From Antedon mediterranea (Eukaryota > Animalia > Echinodermata): a stretch of 64,000 nucleotides of DNA. A program made the position numbers and the translations under genes. Under the pieces are notes generated by a model, which searched no databases, was not told where the DNA came from, and saw nothing but the letters and a program-made list of their open reading frames with translations. Shown here in pieces: positions 1 to 15,460 of this stretch; position 1 is the first letter of the stretch, and each line of letters starts with the position of its first letter. The stretch lies in the NCBI RefSeq assembly GCF_964355755.1, contig NC_092680.1, forward strand, positions 4,650,001 through 4,714,000, in the 5' to 3' direction.

Positions 1-490
1 CATTTCATCTGGGTTTAGTTTTACTATTCAATGTGACTTACCTTGTCAGCTGGGGTTCTATTGTTAGCATCTGATCATTTTAAAAATATGCACAATCTGG
101 TATTTTCCATTGGCAATGTTCATCATTACTTTCATTGCTCGTTTTTCCTTATTCAGTTGCGTATTTTCCACGTAGGCCTATCTCATCTGCTCATATTTAG
201 CTCACATAATTTTCTTCTCCAAAGACCTTTTTAAACCTATATTTTCAGTTTATCACGCATATAAAACACGAAAACAATCACTATTTTGAACCTCTCTTTA
301 GCAGTGTTTTCGCGGGTTGTTATACACGTCACATTATCTAGAGACACTTCTGGTTTATGTACCGCAGTGAGTAGTATGCAATTACCGTGCCAGTTCATGA
401 AGATAAACCTGTCTTTAGTCATTGGGACCAAGTCGAAAAATATTTCGGTCATACTGGATTCGTTCCCTCAAGATGACGTTCATGAATATG

Positions 491-645
491 CATATTTATG
501 ACGTAACGATGAATTACGTAATAAAGCGCGTAAAAATAGACTATTACCAGCTGTTCAAGTACTTTACGGCGTAACGGGAAATGCTCGGTCTTGAGAACCG
601 TCAGCTCTAGCTTGGGTTCGAATCTCAACGGATTTTTTTTAGTTG
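491..645 (+). repeat. Copy of the tRNA-like dispersed repeat at 30595-30745
   Basis: Direct alignment by eye; B box GGTTCGAATC followed by GGA(T)8. Confidence 0.75.
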
Positions 646-2175
646 AAAATAAATATTGTTTTTCTTTTATTTAGAATGAGAGATATTTAGATTCAGGAAA
701 TGTCAGGCCTAGGCCTAAACAATTTCCTTTATATTGGGGTGGGGGATGCGCGCTGCCGGCCTTCTCACCTGCATTATAAGACGATACAACATGGCTACAC
801 ATTAAACTGTTCTATTGGCATCAACTTTATTGTCAATGTATTCCATGAAATAACCAAAATTTCAATTACAAAATTAGTATATAATGCAAATACAATAACG
901 TAATGTGTAAGTACATGGAAAAGGTATTTAAATACGTTTACTATAAATTTAAGCACTCTTAAAGTACGGGTTCAGAAAGCTAATCAATTGTAAAAGGATG
1001 CCATGCAATAATTATGTTACTGACAATCACTACAAAATAATAAATAAATAGGAATAATAATACATCTAGGTTTTACAGCTGCGTCGGATTCGGATTGCGG
1101 CAACGGATAGAGGGCGCTTATACGAACCGACTAAGACTACTGTAATGGTTTGATTTTTTTTTAATCTACTCCAAAGAAAGGGCTTTATTGTAGTATTCCT
1201 CAAATATGCTTCTAATATTAGATAACATGCATTAGTAGGTGACAGCATTTTAATATATTAAACACTTGAGAAGGTATATACATTGAAGATATAGTAGAAA
1301 GTTAAAGCAATTCTAATTCGTACCAATAGGCCAGAAGTTAAGAGAAAATCTATTTGGCTATTTACACTTTCGTTGAGAATAAAAACATCACTATTGTGCC
1401 TATAAAAATAAAGCGTCTATGAATGGTGTGTCAATGACTTTTCTAAACAGTCTCAATTGCATCACTGTTGTGTTTCTATATATTAACTCACTTGGATTAT
1501 TAAACGTAATAAACAATATTTCTATAATTATTTCTATAATATAGTATAAATTAAAATAAACTAAATATTAAAGTATTTCTGTTTCTGTAAAACTACATTT
1601 TGGAATATTCATCTAAATATACTCTATATAACGTAGATTGTTTTAAAGAATCTCTTTTTGAAGTCGGACTAAGAAAAAATGCTTTATATTTACAAAAAAA
1701 AAATCTTGATAAACATAGTTTGTATTATCAGAGAAAGCTTTTTTCTGGTTAAGGAACGGATGTACTCAGTCTGGATGTACTGTGACATCAGGCTCGTCAT
1801 TCAAATATATCGTTTGACAACTCTAACCATAATTATTATATTTTTTTAATTGGTACAAATGTTTTACCCGTAGTTTTAATCAACTCAAAGAAACGCAATG
1901 CAAAATTTGTTAAAAACAATGGATTTTTTTCTCAGAATGTTTTTTTTTCTGAAACTGTACACATCACATTGCATTAATAAGTTTAAAGCGAATCTTATCC
2001 TTAACTATGTCATAATTACTGTATAAAGTTGTACAAATAGAAAGATGTTCGAGCCTAATTTTATATTATAAAATAAATATATTTAACATTCATTTTACAT
2101 ATCGTCGAGTATTATTTATAATGTTTTGTTACGCCCTCTATGTCTATGACATTCCTACTGTCTTTATATCGTGTA

Positions 2176-5100
2176 TTATACATCTTTGCTCATCATTGCT
2201 GCATCTACTTTTCCCCAGGCTCCTACGACAAACGACTCAATTCCACACATATTTGAACCACGTTCGATACGGAAATAACCATCTTCTCCCCAGTTTCTTC
2301 CCCAAGAATTTGCACAGAGCTGAAAAAATAGTACAACATTCATTATGCACCCAGAACATTATTACTAGCTATCTGTAAAAGTATACTGATACACAAATAT
2401 CTTTACAGTTTCAATTTCAATTATATGAAGAACACTGACATTGGAGTTGGTTAATTATTTCTATTGGTTTATTAGTAAGTTAGTAGAACTATGCTGTTGC
2501 TGCGTGCTATGTATTTGCGCACATGTCATCAAATACTCGTGTAGAGTGTATTGTAGATAGTCCCTGTTAATTTTGTCAAGAACCTAAGTTAATTAAATAT
2601 CTTTTTCTGTTTAAAGCAATATGAAATCGCTTAATATATTAATTCATTTACATAACTTACCCAATATGGAACGCCGTTTTCGTCAGTGCCCCACCCAATG
2701 ATTCTCACCGAATGCCAACCACTTTGTTGATACTGTGGAGGTTCTTGGACTCGTGCGTAGCGGTATACTCCTCGTTTGTACATAAAGAAATCCGATTCCA
2801 CTAAGAAAGTTGCTGATTAAAGAAGACATGTAATAAAAACATTAGTTAAAATAAGTAAAGGCTATCAAAAATTCAACTTTAATTGGCTAGTGTTTCTTGC
2901 ATCATCGTTTTACACCTTTCCAACCTCACCAGAATTTTTAACTATCTTGAGACACCGAATTGTATTGGTTGTAATGAATACAGAAAACAAACAAAAGAAC
3001 ATATTAAAAACTCAACTCAAGATTTATAAACGTATACAACAAACGACTAACCTTGTACTGGACCATTTTTAAATATTTCGTGTTTAATTTCATTTTCCTA
3101 CAATAGAATAAATCGTAAATAAAATTGATCATGTAAATAATATTCGTAAAACTCAGTTGTACATGTGAACAGAACATAATAGTCGAAATGCGTTACGATG
3201 TATTATCTGTCACTGTCATTTTTAGTTCATTAAATAACTACTATATCTATAAAAAAAAAAAAAACTTTATATACTATACTTATATTTCTATTTAAAAGAA
3301 AAAAAAAAACTTTAAAACAATAAATATTCCCATGAATTTAAGAAATATTATGAAATTTCAAAGATCACTTACTTCTTGGCCAATTCTATAAGGAGGTGTT
3401 GACTTGTAGGCTTCGCTGTGGACATATTCATTAGGACAAGGTGAGTGTTCCGGTGGTGGCAACATACAGTGTCCCTTCTTCATCGTCATATCCGTGTCCA
3501 TACCACTTTTGTATGGATAGCACTCAGCAGTCACAATTCTAAGTGTAAATCATGTTATATTGTTTAATATAAGGATTAGAAATTACAGAATATTAATTAA
3601 TTATTTATGAATCCTATCAAAAAGCTAAAAGTTGGAGATCAATATAAACTCAATTGTCAGAGCCCGGTTTAGATCACGGGAACATTTCAGTGTTAGAGAG
3701 ACCTGTAAATAAGGAGCATTGTAACTTGCGACTACGACCTAGGACTTATCGAAACATTATGTATATTCTTAGTATCTAAAAATCACCAATACTGTGCCAA
3801 TAAATTGCGAGGAAGCACGTCGCAACTTCCACACATCAATACTACACACATAACCCAAACATTTGTTTTTTACTATTGGACATGAATTTGGAAGTATACG
3901 GTAATAAAACTCACCCTTTCTTTCTTAGAAAATACCATGCACGATCAGTATACCCTCCATCGCATCCTCTCTGACGTCTAGTATTGCATGACAGTAAATG
4001 TTGTGGAGATAAAATAACTTTCATCGTTCCCATAGATTGGATAGCCAGACGGTCAGATGCAACTGCTGTTGTTGAAAAAGCCCATGAACTTCCGCAATTA
4101 CCCTGATCCATAATTTCTTCGATGTAACCGGGCCACTTCTCTCGTGCATCAAATCTGTCTGGTACACTATGTTCCTCCATTTGAATTTTATTCATAGACA
4201 TCACCGTCTCATCAGGTTTCATTGTACCCAGTCTAAAACGGACTCCGCTTTCTAATGTCTTACCCCAAAACACGGTGTAGTTATCTGCAAACCATCTGAA
4301 AAAATAAGTACGAAAACAATAAATTAAAATAGAAAGTAATTTAGAAAGTAAATTTTTTCGATGCCACTGTTCACTTTCAATATCATTTATAAATCACAAG
4401 TTTTGTTTTCTTCTTTTTCAATTTATATTTACCCTTTAGTCAGCATCGCTAATTCTATTCCGACAACGCTGATTGATTTAGAGTTATAAAATATAAAAAG
4501 ATAACTTTCATGTGAAATAAAATAGTTGACCATACCCATTTTCTGTATTGCCATTGACTTTGTCAATTACATTTTCCCGTATAAGACAAGCATTCATTTC
4601 ACATTCAAATGCATATTTTCCAGATCCAGATTGTACTTCTTTACAAGTGCTGCAAATTAAAATATAACACAATATAAAATGATAACCAGCGCCCTCTAAC
4701 GTAAATTTGCTGTTTTTCAAGATTAAATTATACGTCAGTATAACTAAATAAAGTAAACTCTCTGCTAATACATTCCAAATTACACAATATTCACTGTTTA
4801 AAAAAAATTATAAATGAACCATCATTTCACACGATAAGAATATCAATGTACATTGGCAGCTCCGGGTTTGAGAGAAACATGGTCAATTTATTCCATGTTA
4901 CATTGGCGGTGGATTTGAAATCAAGACGATCCGCAAAAAGCTACATGATAGTAAAAACATATTGGCTAAATTTTACCGGTAAAGTATGAGTCACAAAACA
5001 AGGGGGTTTTCAATGGTATATCTTGCTGCTTTTGAGTTTATACCAAGAACTCAGAGAGGCCTAATAGATAAATTTACCAATATGCATATTATTGAAAACC

Positions 5101-6112
5101 AGTAAAGGACAGAAATATTGTGTGTCATTTACACTTCATAATCATCAAAAAGAAATTAATAATAACGGGCAAAATATATAAAAAACACCTGTACTGTCGT
5201 CGTGCACCCTTGGGTCAATCGATTAATACATATTTTGGTTGTTAATAATTCACTTATAGTAATGGAAACTAAATTGACAAAATGTTTGAAGAAAAGTATG
5301 TTTACCATCGGTTACAGTTTTCAGTATATGACAATCCCGCAGAAAATTTAGCACCATCATCACGAAGACAATCAACTAAAAACAATAATTATAACAATAT
5401 GAATCAATTTTTATAATATGTATTTGCTGTGCAGTATAGTTCCCTTACTATTAAAAAAATGTTTCTAAATATTGTTTTCAATATTTAATATACGTCCAAT
5501 CAAATGAAATCATGATTTGTAAGAGTAATAATAGCTGGCAATATTATTTTATCAAGACAACATAAATAAGTATCCTATAGGCCTATAGTTTTAGACTGAA
5601 CACTTTTTGTTTTGTTTTATGTAAGAAACTTTTATTTTTATCTATTTATCGTCGATCGTTATCGTCCTGGTGTGTAGCAGCCTTAACATTGGAGGTTAAT
5701 TGTACAATTCTGGCTCGTTTGCAGAACCTAGTGCATAGTTCGGTATACAGATCCATGTAGTTCATGTTGAATTAACTGTGGCTGTTATTATCTAACAAAC
5801 TGACAAACAAAAAAATAGATTTTTAGTCCTATCATTATGATGTTAAAGCTACTTACAGTCCGTTACGTGATCTGGCGGCAATGTAGGCTCGATATTAAGG
5901 CATTCACTAGAAAAATCCGGGCAACAGTCACCCGATTCAGTCCGGTCACAAAACTCATCACAATAACAATAATGACCGTCCATTGGTGTCAGACAACTAT
6001 CATCTCGACCAAAACAACATCCTCTTACTTCACAGTATTGCGCGTTGGCAATTGAAAAACAAACGGTTGCAATTAGCCAACATGAAAGCACCTTCACTAT
6101 GTTTCCGTCCAT
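2176..6112 (-). CDS. TINAGL1: Tubulointerstitial nephritis antigen-like protein (TINAG/TINAGL1 family; secreted, Cys-rich SMB-like N-terminus plus inactive papain/cathepsin B-like domain), 8 coding exons, ~442 aa
   Basis: Exons in transcription order: 6112-5857, 5375-5306, 4649-4536, 4295-3915, 3538-3373, 3097-3052, 2812-2661, 2319-2176; all GT-AG, phases consistent, 1329 nt. Signal peptide [24 protein letters not shown]; CYCDEFC...DCCPDF; [12 protein letters not shown]; [11 protein letters not shown] (catalytic Cys replaced by Ser); [11 protein letters not shown]; [16 protein letters not shown]. An acceptor at 6120-6121 implies an upstream non-coding exon. Confidence 0.93.
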
Positions 6113-7392
6113 CCTAGTTCTGTAAGAAAACAAATTATTATTCACACACAACTCTTAATACATTGTTAAAGCTCAGGTACAGGCATGGATTTTGAATATA
6201 ACATCTGGTTAAATGTACATAAAACAAATATGTGCAACAAAATCACGACGAAAACACACGAATTTCCCTTAAAATGACCAATTTTTCAACATTTTGCTAT
6301 AAAAGCCTGACCGACTTTTGTCAGTAGTTAGGTAGTTTAACAAATGTCTTACCATATCCGGTGACTCCCTAGAAAGTGCAAAAAAGGTTGGGGGTATAAT
6401 ACAGTGGACAATTGTTGATATAGCTATACCACAACGATATTTTCCCTAATTGTTTCAAAATGCTTCTCTATTACTGTGTAATTTGAACTATCCCCCATTG
6501 ATACGATTTTCAACAAAATAGTGTAGCACAATAATAAAATCCAAGAAATTATGAATCGATAATTATTAGAATGTATGATCAATAGAAATGTTTTGTTCGC
6601 ACGTGGCCTATGATGAAGTATCTCATTGCTCTTAACTAAACTATTTCGAAACTGTTTGATTTGGAATTACGAAATGTGTCGTGGGAATAGGTAATTCTCC
6701 AGTATGTGAATAAATCCCATGATTACCTAACGAAACAAAGTCGAAAACTTAAGTCACGATCATAAAATCGAACATTCCATTGTCAGATTGCCTTGCATTG
6801 ATGATTCCGACGAAACAAGTAAACACCTTTTAAAAAAAAACTAGGCCACGAAATTGGTACAACCCAGAAAAACACAACACGGGTTTTTAAATGGAAACAT
6901 CTTATATACCAGTTGAGTAACATACTATAAGAAGTGGTAACAGAGCCGAAAATCGATAAGTTATTCAACAAAATGTTAAATGTTTTTATAATACATCTTC
7001 ATTCCAACTTAATTTCTATCAGACTGTGTAATGCGATTAACGGGTATTTAGTCCCATTAGCGTCTTTCAATGGCGATAGAATATATCTTATTGTTTCTGT
7101 TTAAGTCCAGCATCAGAATGGCAGCAACGAAGACACGAGATACACTTTCTTATTGTCTGGTTAACTCAATGATACTAATTTGAAATAAAGGCAACATAAT
7201 ACAAAAGAAGATTTAGTTTAATCGTCCGATTTCAGAAAAAGACATTTAGTTTTGGTACTTTTAATGTATATAGTTTTATTCTTTGGTTCCCAGCCATACT
7301 TACGGTATCTAAAAAAGAAAAATGGTGGCCGGAAAAAAGATCTATCTTCTAAAGAAAGCTTGTGATCTACCCCAGCTCATTATAAACACTAA

Positions 7393-7587
7393 AGCGTGGT
7401 TCCCACTAGCGACGCAACACAAGGACGTAACGCAACGCAAGTGAATTGACCAATCACAAGCGATGGCTTATTCGCTTGTGATTGCTACCGCCGGTCTATA
7501 ACTTCGCTTGTCATTAGTTAAAACGCTTGCGTTGCGTTTACGTCCTTGCGTTTACGTCCTTGCGTTACGTTCTAGTGGGACCAAGCT
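7393..7587. mobile_element. PIF/Harbinger-like MITE family A
   Basis: TIR AGC(G/T)TGGTTCCCACTAG, long imperfect palindrome of ACGCAA/TTGCGT repeats; nearly identical to 61393-61576. Confidence 0.8.
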
Positions 7588-9181
7588 TATGAGTTAAAAG
7601 TACCGTAGATGACGGACGCGTAAGAGAAGATTGTGACCATTTCCATTGACATGTGCACGCGCGCATTATTCAGTATAGGCCTACATTTAATAAAGACAAA
7701 ATAAATCACAATTCGGAATAATAATGGATAAAAGCAGGAAAAGTACTAAAAGACCTAAAAGGCCAACGTATTTTCACTCTGGTCCTACTGTAAAAATTCG
7801 AGCATTCTTTAATATAAATGTTACACATACTTATAATACTTTATCACTTCCACACGGTTTCATTGAAATCATTTTAATTAAAACCATCCATTCAACATTT
7901 TCTTTCAATATTACCTCATTTTTCATGTCCAAGTTAACTTTTTTTCTGTTTCTATTTTAAGAAACCAAAGAAGATTATCAATGAGCCTCGTTAAATCTAA
8001 ACCATTCAAAAATACCTTGCACACAAGTGTATCCTAGGCCATCATAAAACTAACATTCAATATTCTACAAATGTTTAGGGGTGACGATGAACAAATACAT
8101 ATACATATATCCGGTCATAAAACTAATAAAACACACATTGATAAGCACCGTAGTACACAACTTTGGTTGGAAAATCCCACTACCGGTACTTAGTAGGCCT
8201 ACTCGAGGATTTCAGCCATTCATGTATCTCTCGACTACGGTACATCATCATTAGTCTCTTCAACACTTACCTAAAAAATGTTTTGTATGAAATGAAGGGT
8301 TTTCCTCGGCTCTTAAAACATTCGTATTGTAGGCCTAAGGTACCTCTCTAGCAGGTGATCAGACGAGCACAATATCGATTAGTATAAGCAAACCGTTTAT
8401 TATTATTAACCCCTTAATTGCCTATCGGCTGAAATATTATCCTAGTCAGATAAGAAGAAAACTGTTGTGAATTAATTTATAAAATCACAAAATCAAGTTT
8501 TCTTTTTATTCCACAGGCGTGCTTCATTAGGTTCACACCATTCCAGTCAAACCGTTTTGAAGTTTGTTTATAACAACCCAGAGGATCAAAAGAATTATCC
8601 TCGCATTGGTGGTGTATTAAAGAAGGAACCAACGTAGCGAGGCTAAATCCATATGATTATCCAAGCTTACACGTTGAATATATTACATCGGCACAAACGG
8701 AATTAACAGGTTGTTAGCAAATGTTCTGTCCGATATGCGTTTCTTTAAATTCAAATTAAGTTGTAATTATCCAAGGGCAGATCCAGGATTTCTGAAAGGA
8801 GCTAATAATAGCCTTATGATGGGTACAAAGGCCCCACCCGCTTTCTCTCTTGTCCATCTTGTACAGGTCAACTGTAGTACGTATTGATGAGGAACATGAT
8901 AATGAGCCTAAATAAACACCTTTCTCTCCATAACTAATGTATAAAGTAGGCCAACTAAACAAAATCATTATACACGTAGTGGTAATATGTTAAAATAAAT
9001 TATATATAAAATTGTATACGTTTGAAGTGGGTGGAAGCACTTACGCTCTGCATCCCGCCAATGATCTTGCTATGCTATATATATGAAAACACTAGGGTTC
9101 TTTCCATTACAATTAAATAGGCCTACATTCTTTTTTCTTTACACATTATGGAAAGTATAGTTTTCAATCAAGATCCAAAAC

Positions 9182-9347
9182 TGAAAGTAACTCGGCCTGA
9201 GATTGAAAGTAACTCGGCCTGTGATTGAAAGTAACTCGGCCTGAGATTGAAAGTAACTCGGCCTGTGATTGAAAGTAACTCGGCCTGAGATTGAAAGTAA
9301 CTCGGCCTGAGATTGAAAGTAACTCGGCCTGAGATTGAAAGTAACTC
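9182..9347. repeat. 22-bp minisatellite, ~7.5 copies
   Basis: Unit TGAAAGTAACTCGGCCTG(A/T)GAT. Confidence 0.95.
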
Positions 9348-9918
9348 AATTTGATATTAAAATCAAGACCGTTTCCGATCGAAATTAAAATACGAATGAT
9401 AGGCCTAATACTGAATAAACAGCTCATATTGAACAAACAAAAGAGAGCGAATTAGTTTATGTATCCAGTGATTCTACATGCTTTGCAAAATCGCATAATT
9501 CAAGCGGACTCAGTCCAAGCGGACTCTTTCCACACATAAATACGGACTATACTGAAGTTACCATGATAGATGCTAATATCAATAAATACATAAATAAATA
9601 AGTAGCTTTAAAATACTACAAAATAAATAAAATTAGTTATAGAATTATTTCATAACCTACCTGTAGAGAAAATAGATGTTTAATATAGTTCTTTGACATA
9701 TCAACCCTACATGTTTTACTGTTTATTGTTTCGAGTCATGGACTTCGAACGACACAGTTATTATACATTAGACGTGCGATATAGCAAACATAGACAGTCT
9801 ACGTCAAATACAATAACTATCAATTTATAACTAGTTAATAAACGTAATGTTATTTTTAGAACTTATAACATTGTCATTTTGACAGGTACAGTACCACAAG
9901 GTCCAATATATAGTGTAA

Positions 9919-10052
9919 AGCTTTGTCTACACAATCAAACTTTATGTGACCAAAAAAATGTGATGTGCCCATATATGGACATGATGATGTCATCACTACC
10001 ATATTTAAGCATATCACATTAACCATATTATTAAAGAAGTGTAGACAGAGGT
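9919..10052. mobile_element. MITE family B (TIR AGCTCTGTCTACACTATCAAACT; internal 21-bp repeat CATATCACTACCATATTTGGG)
   Basis: Matches TIR and internal repeat of the copies at 33.9-58.3 kb. Confidence 0.75.
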
Positions 10053-13000
10053 GAAAGCGAATAGAATAAGATTTGCGACATATACCACACATGTGTTTCC
10101 AAAAAGGAAATTTACGTTTTGGTTGCACTCCACTATTTTGTGTTCATTATTAAAAAGATCTAAGATTTAGAATGTATTTCTCCGCGGATTATAAAAAAAA
10201 AGAAAGAAAGCCGTAAATTAGATAGGCCCTACACTTGATTCCCACATTGATTACAATACAAAACAAGAAACGATAAAGTTGAAGTTTAAGATTAGTTTCA
10301 GCGAGAATAACCATTTGAAGTGGAAAACGGTTGAACTTACAAAACGCGGCCAGATCGTTTGAAGTTGTACGAGTTCTTAATTGTTCCTTATTATACAAAT
10401 TAGTTTGATTTGAGAATCGATTGAAACTATTTAGATTGTTTGTATTGAAAATTAGTACGCTTATTTTGGCTCTTAGCATACTAATTGATTTTACAGTTGA
10501 ATTGTTCCCGTACGGCCACCATTTTGTATCTATATCAAAATATTTGTGACGTTATACATGGGGAGCCTCACATATTATTATCTGATGGATAACTTGCTAC
10601 TTACAAAATTACTGTTTGTCTAACATACACTGATCTTCTTAAAATACATTTTTAATGTTTTTTATGCGCAGATGAAAAAGTCAGAAACAAAAATACATTG
10701 TTTATATGGATATCATTTCTTATTGTTATACTAAAACTATACATAGCCACAAACATTAAATAATTTTAGTAGGATACCTTGTTATTGAAAAATACGTTAT
10801 ATCATTTTAAAAATCCAGTAGAACTCATTAATTTAATTTCGCGTTACAAACAAGTCAGATTACACTTCGTCTAATCGTTTTACCGCGTTATTACATTATT
10901 ACAAGTATCTCTATTAAAATTGTGTTTTAACAAAAAAATTCAAGTGGACAGCATGATGTCAATAATTTTAAAAAAAACATATATAGGCCTACGTTATGGT
11001 ACATGTGTGATGAATTTAAATGAGAGGAATATATTAAATATGTGCAATATAAAACAATATTCATCCGTTCTCCATAAAGCTAAAAAGGGTTAATTTCGCC
11101 TGTTTTGATTTATTACGATACAAATTAGTACCGTACTATCTTGTCTATGTTGTCGTTGTGTCTAATTGTTAAGCTAAAGTTAAATAATATAACTTGGATA
11201 ACGGAAGAACTATTTATTTTACGACGTTATATGAATACCTGTACACTAGCAGAAAATGACCTTAGACCCCCATATTCATTTACGATAACAGCAACGCTAC
11301 CTCTGCTATTTGTCACTATTTTTGCAACTTCTAAAACGAAATCCTGTATAATATTACAAAAGTACAGTTAGCAACAATGTCATGCCAACACCTAAGAAGA
11401 ATTATCGTTAGAATTATATAGAAATAATAACAAAAGGCGCTTACCAAAAAGAACTGGAGTGTATAAAATCCAACAGCAGTCTGTTAGACAGACAGGGCTG
11501 AACACTACAATGCGCTCACGCACGGGTCATGGAGAGACAACCTGCTGTGACAGTATGCAAATGATTATGCAAATTACCTGAAAGTTTATATTCGCAGCGG
11601 TAGGGAATACCAAGGATATGATATCATAAAGAAAATGTATGATTCAATTGGTATATATTGGGGCAAATCAGGGTACATACATAAACTAGGCCTAAGGGTA
11701 TGTAAGTTGTGGTGGAGTTAGTGAAGGAGTTTCCGAAACTGTATTTATTATTATGTGTGTTGGTTTTTAGTAAGTTTCTGTTCTTATTTTATCAGTTCTT
11801 TTTATGGAAATCGATCTTTATTGTTTACCGTACTTCTATAATAATAAAATGGCGAAAGATATAATTGCTAATTTAAATAATCACTACAGTTTATTTCTAG
11901 TCAAACGTTGCCTATTAAAATGGAAACAAATAAAATCCCACAAACAGTTGTAAATTGATAAATGATATGTGGTATCCAACATTATTCTTATTTGGGTAAA
12001 AAAATAAAATTACAAAAAAAGAAGTAGCACATTGGCGATTATAAAATAACTAAATTATTTTATTTAATATTAGACAATGAAATTGAATACGACAATTGTA
12101 ACACTATAAAAGTTGAGAAACGCCTCACCAACTGAAATAACAATTACATACTTATAAGATCCTTATCAGGTTTTGAATATCAAACTGTTTTCGTGCAACT
12201 ACATGAAAACGTCAAAAATGTTATTACTAAACATTAATGTTTGCGGCACAGTTAACATACATGTTACAACATTTACAAGATAATTGGTTATAACAGCACT
12301 TTGATTAGATAATTTGATCTTCGAACGAAATCGGTGGAATTCTCGCTCGAAAATGAAATGACAAATTTGATCGTCTGTGGCCTCACAATACGGGGTGGCG
12401 GGCTATATGGTGACCTCAATAACCGACCTTCCTAAAGGCACGGTTTCCCTCCCATCGATTATCAAAGCAAGAACATACGTTCATATCGCATATTACAGCT
12501 ACTATGTATTTTCCAAATGTTATCAACGATTATTTTTTTTTAAATAATAATATCAAGGTATTTTAATAAAAGACGACTTAGTTTTTATTTCCTTCGTGGG
12601 TTAAACATTACCGTACCTTGTCTGTTGATTTTTTTATATATATATTTTATCTGTGTATTCTAATAAAAATGAATAACAATTATTATTAATAATTTTCAAT
12701 ACTTAATGGATTTTTTATATTATTTAACATCAAACAAACCTCAAATCCAATACGTTTACACACAAACGATTGTTTTCTATTTTTTTTTAATACAAGGCCT
12801 AATTAATAATGTTATCGAGAACGAAACAATCCTATTAATAAACCATAGTTATTATAACCACTCCTGTGAACAAAAACCAATCTAAGACCACTGTGCGTCA
12901 TCTAATGTCAGCTAAGGTTCAGTTTAAATTACATGAGAACAAACACCAAAACATTACATGATACCCAATATGCAAATTTACCAATTAATCACATACAAAA

Positions 13001-14689
13001 CTATAGGGGGCGTAATTAGTAGCTTTTTCCCGTCTTTAGCAGTCGCAGACTTAGCCTAGATAGCCTACAGACTTTGAACCAGATAAGAGTATTGCTAATT
13101 ATTAGGTTCACTCTTCTCTAATTAAATACTAAACTAATTCCTTCACCGTTTTAAAATCTTTATCAAGAAATCCGCATGTTCAGTCGAGAAATAACGCATG
13201 CGAAAAAGGTTGAATATAGAACCTCATTCTGGCTGTAGTAAGATAAATCGCAATGTTTATTGTATGTGATTTAAAGGATGTACTACTCCATTGACAATAA
13301 AAAGATCGACAGCTATAGATACAAACAAGTCATGTCAGACGAATGGTAATGTTACTAATAATTGAAAAGTAATAGTAAGTCTGTTTAAACTAAAATATCA
13401 AATAAAACTTACTGAAACATCTCTCAAAAAGATGTTGAAAACTGGCACCAAAATGTGTTTACAATAGTTGGAACACCTGATGAGTGGTTGAGTAGAAGTA
13501 ATAAAATACAGAACATACTGTTTCTAATAACGTTGGCAGTTTACAGGTAATATATTGTTAACATAAATACTGGAAGAAGATGAGAAAAGTACCGTAAACA
13601 AAAATAAACTACCCAGTAATAATTATAACCTCACAAAGTACAGTACGCGCACTTTTAGAGTGTACGCGTTTTGAAGACTACACAAATCAGAAATGCTGCA
13701 TTATTTGCGGGGGAGGGGTGGGAAAGCCAATATGATGCATACATCAGTAGGCCTAGACAATTAACACAAAATAAAAATGATGTAATGCAATATTTAATTA
13801 AACATTTGGGTTATGAGAAGAACTTCATCTGTTAGTTTTACATCATAAAGAAAAATAGTAAACCCAGCTTCAGATCTTATGATTTAAAAAAAAAGGTTAA
13901 ATTGTATAAGTATAACACAGTAAAGTGAAGTAACATAAACGAGGCACACATAATATCATATACTTAACATTTTTCCCGAGACCTAAACAGATGAAAGCAT
14001 TGTTCGCCAAAACATTTCTTGTTTGGAATTTAGATTTAATGTGAGGGCAAGTTCACTAGTATTCGCCTGCGGTCCAAAACGATTTGTTTTAGAGATTTCG
14101 TAACCCCGGGTGGGTACACCCGATACCTGGGCCTAAAGTAGTACAATATTAATAATACTGTATAAACAATAGTGAATGAATACTGCACATCTAAACTGCT
14201 AAAATAAAAAACAAGATATATATTTTTTTTAATAAATTAATAGAATATCAGATACATTGGAAATAAAAACCAATTTGATAGAACCATAGGCATATACTGA
14301 CATTTCCAGTACAGTCACCTCGGATATGTAGACAATGTAGACATCTAATCGTTTAAGTTAAATAATCATGTTAAACAATCAAAATATTCTATGAAAACAG
14401 TAAACCAATTATGAAAGTTATAAAATACATTGAAGATATTAATATTAACTTACGATTCTTATAACAAGTTTGTCTTGTTCTGCTTTCTTCGTGTGTTCAC
14501 ACTGTTTAACATGTGTGTGTCGTACCTTTATAAAGACATGCATTAGAAAAACCTACGTATAATTTCCGTTTCACTGTTATCATTAAGCAATAATATTCCC
14601 GGAATAATTTACACCTATCTTGACATAGAGGAAATCCCACTTCAAAGGAAGGATCTTCATCACTTTTTGCTCGTTTTACGAGGAAATGT

Positions 14690-15460
14690 AGGCATCACAT
14701 TAGAAAAGGAAACTACATTTTTGGTACAGAAAACCTCAAGATGACCAGTAGATACCTGCATCAACAACAAACTAAAGACGATCAATAAGCCTATGAACCT
14801 CGAAATTACCTTTTTCGTTGAAAACGAGTTGCAACATTAGAAAAAAAACATATCAATTGTGCATTCAAAACAAAATCGACAATCTCAAGATGATCAGTGG
14901 TCCCATTTTCCCCGCCACAAGAAATTGTAACATAAGAAAAGAAAACATTATTGGCAGGCCTACAATTAAAAAACTTCGACAACCTTAAGATGACAGTGGA
15001 CTTTCATCAACAACAAACTATAGAAATCAGTTAGGTTAAGAGCCTAAAAAATTACCGGCGGCACCTCTCTTGTGTTGCAAATAAGTTGCATCTAAGAAAT
15101 GCAACATTAGAAACTACTATTAATTTCGTTTCAATGTAAATGTTTTTTATATATATATTATACAATAAATTTACTTACTTACACCTAAGGATGGCAGCGG
15201 TTTCTTCTCGTTAAAATGTTACTAAAGCTAAATTCACACGAATGTACAAAAAATAATCACTGATGTAGAGTAAAAACAAATGCAATAACCTAAAGAACGT
15301 CAGTAGGCCTACAAACCTCAACATGACCAGAGCGGAACCTTCTAGTTGAAACGACTTATTTTCCAAAAACAGGCCTATACAGTTAAGTAGGCCTACACCA
15401 CAATTCTTCTTTAGGCCTACAATGGCTTTACAAAGAACAAACACTCAAGATATAATTATG
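14690..15460. repeat. Old degenerate tandem repeat (about 6 units of 100-200 bp)
   Basis: Recurrent AACCTCAAGATGACCAG-like and AACATTAGAAA motifs at about 14731, 14880, 14980, 15181, 15312, 15441. Confidence 0.6.
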
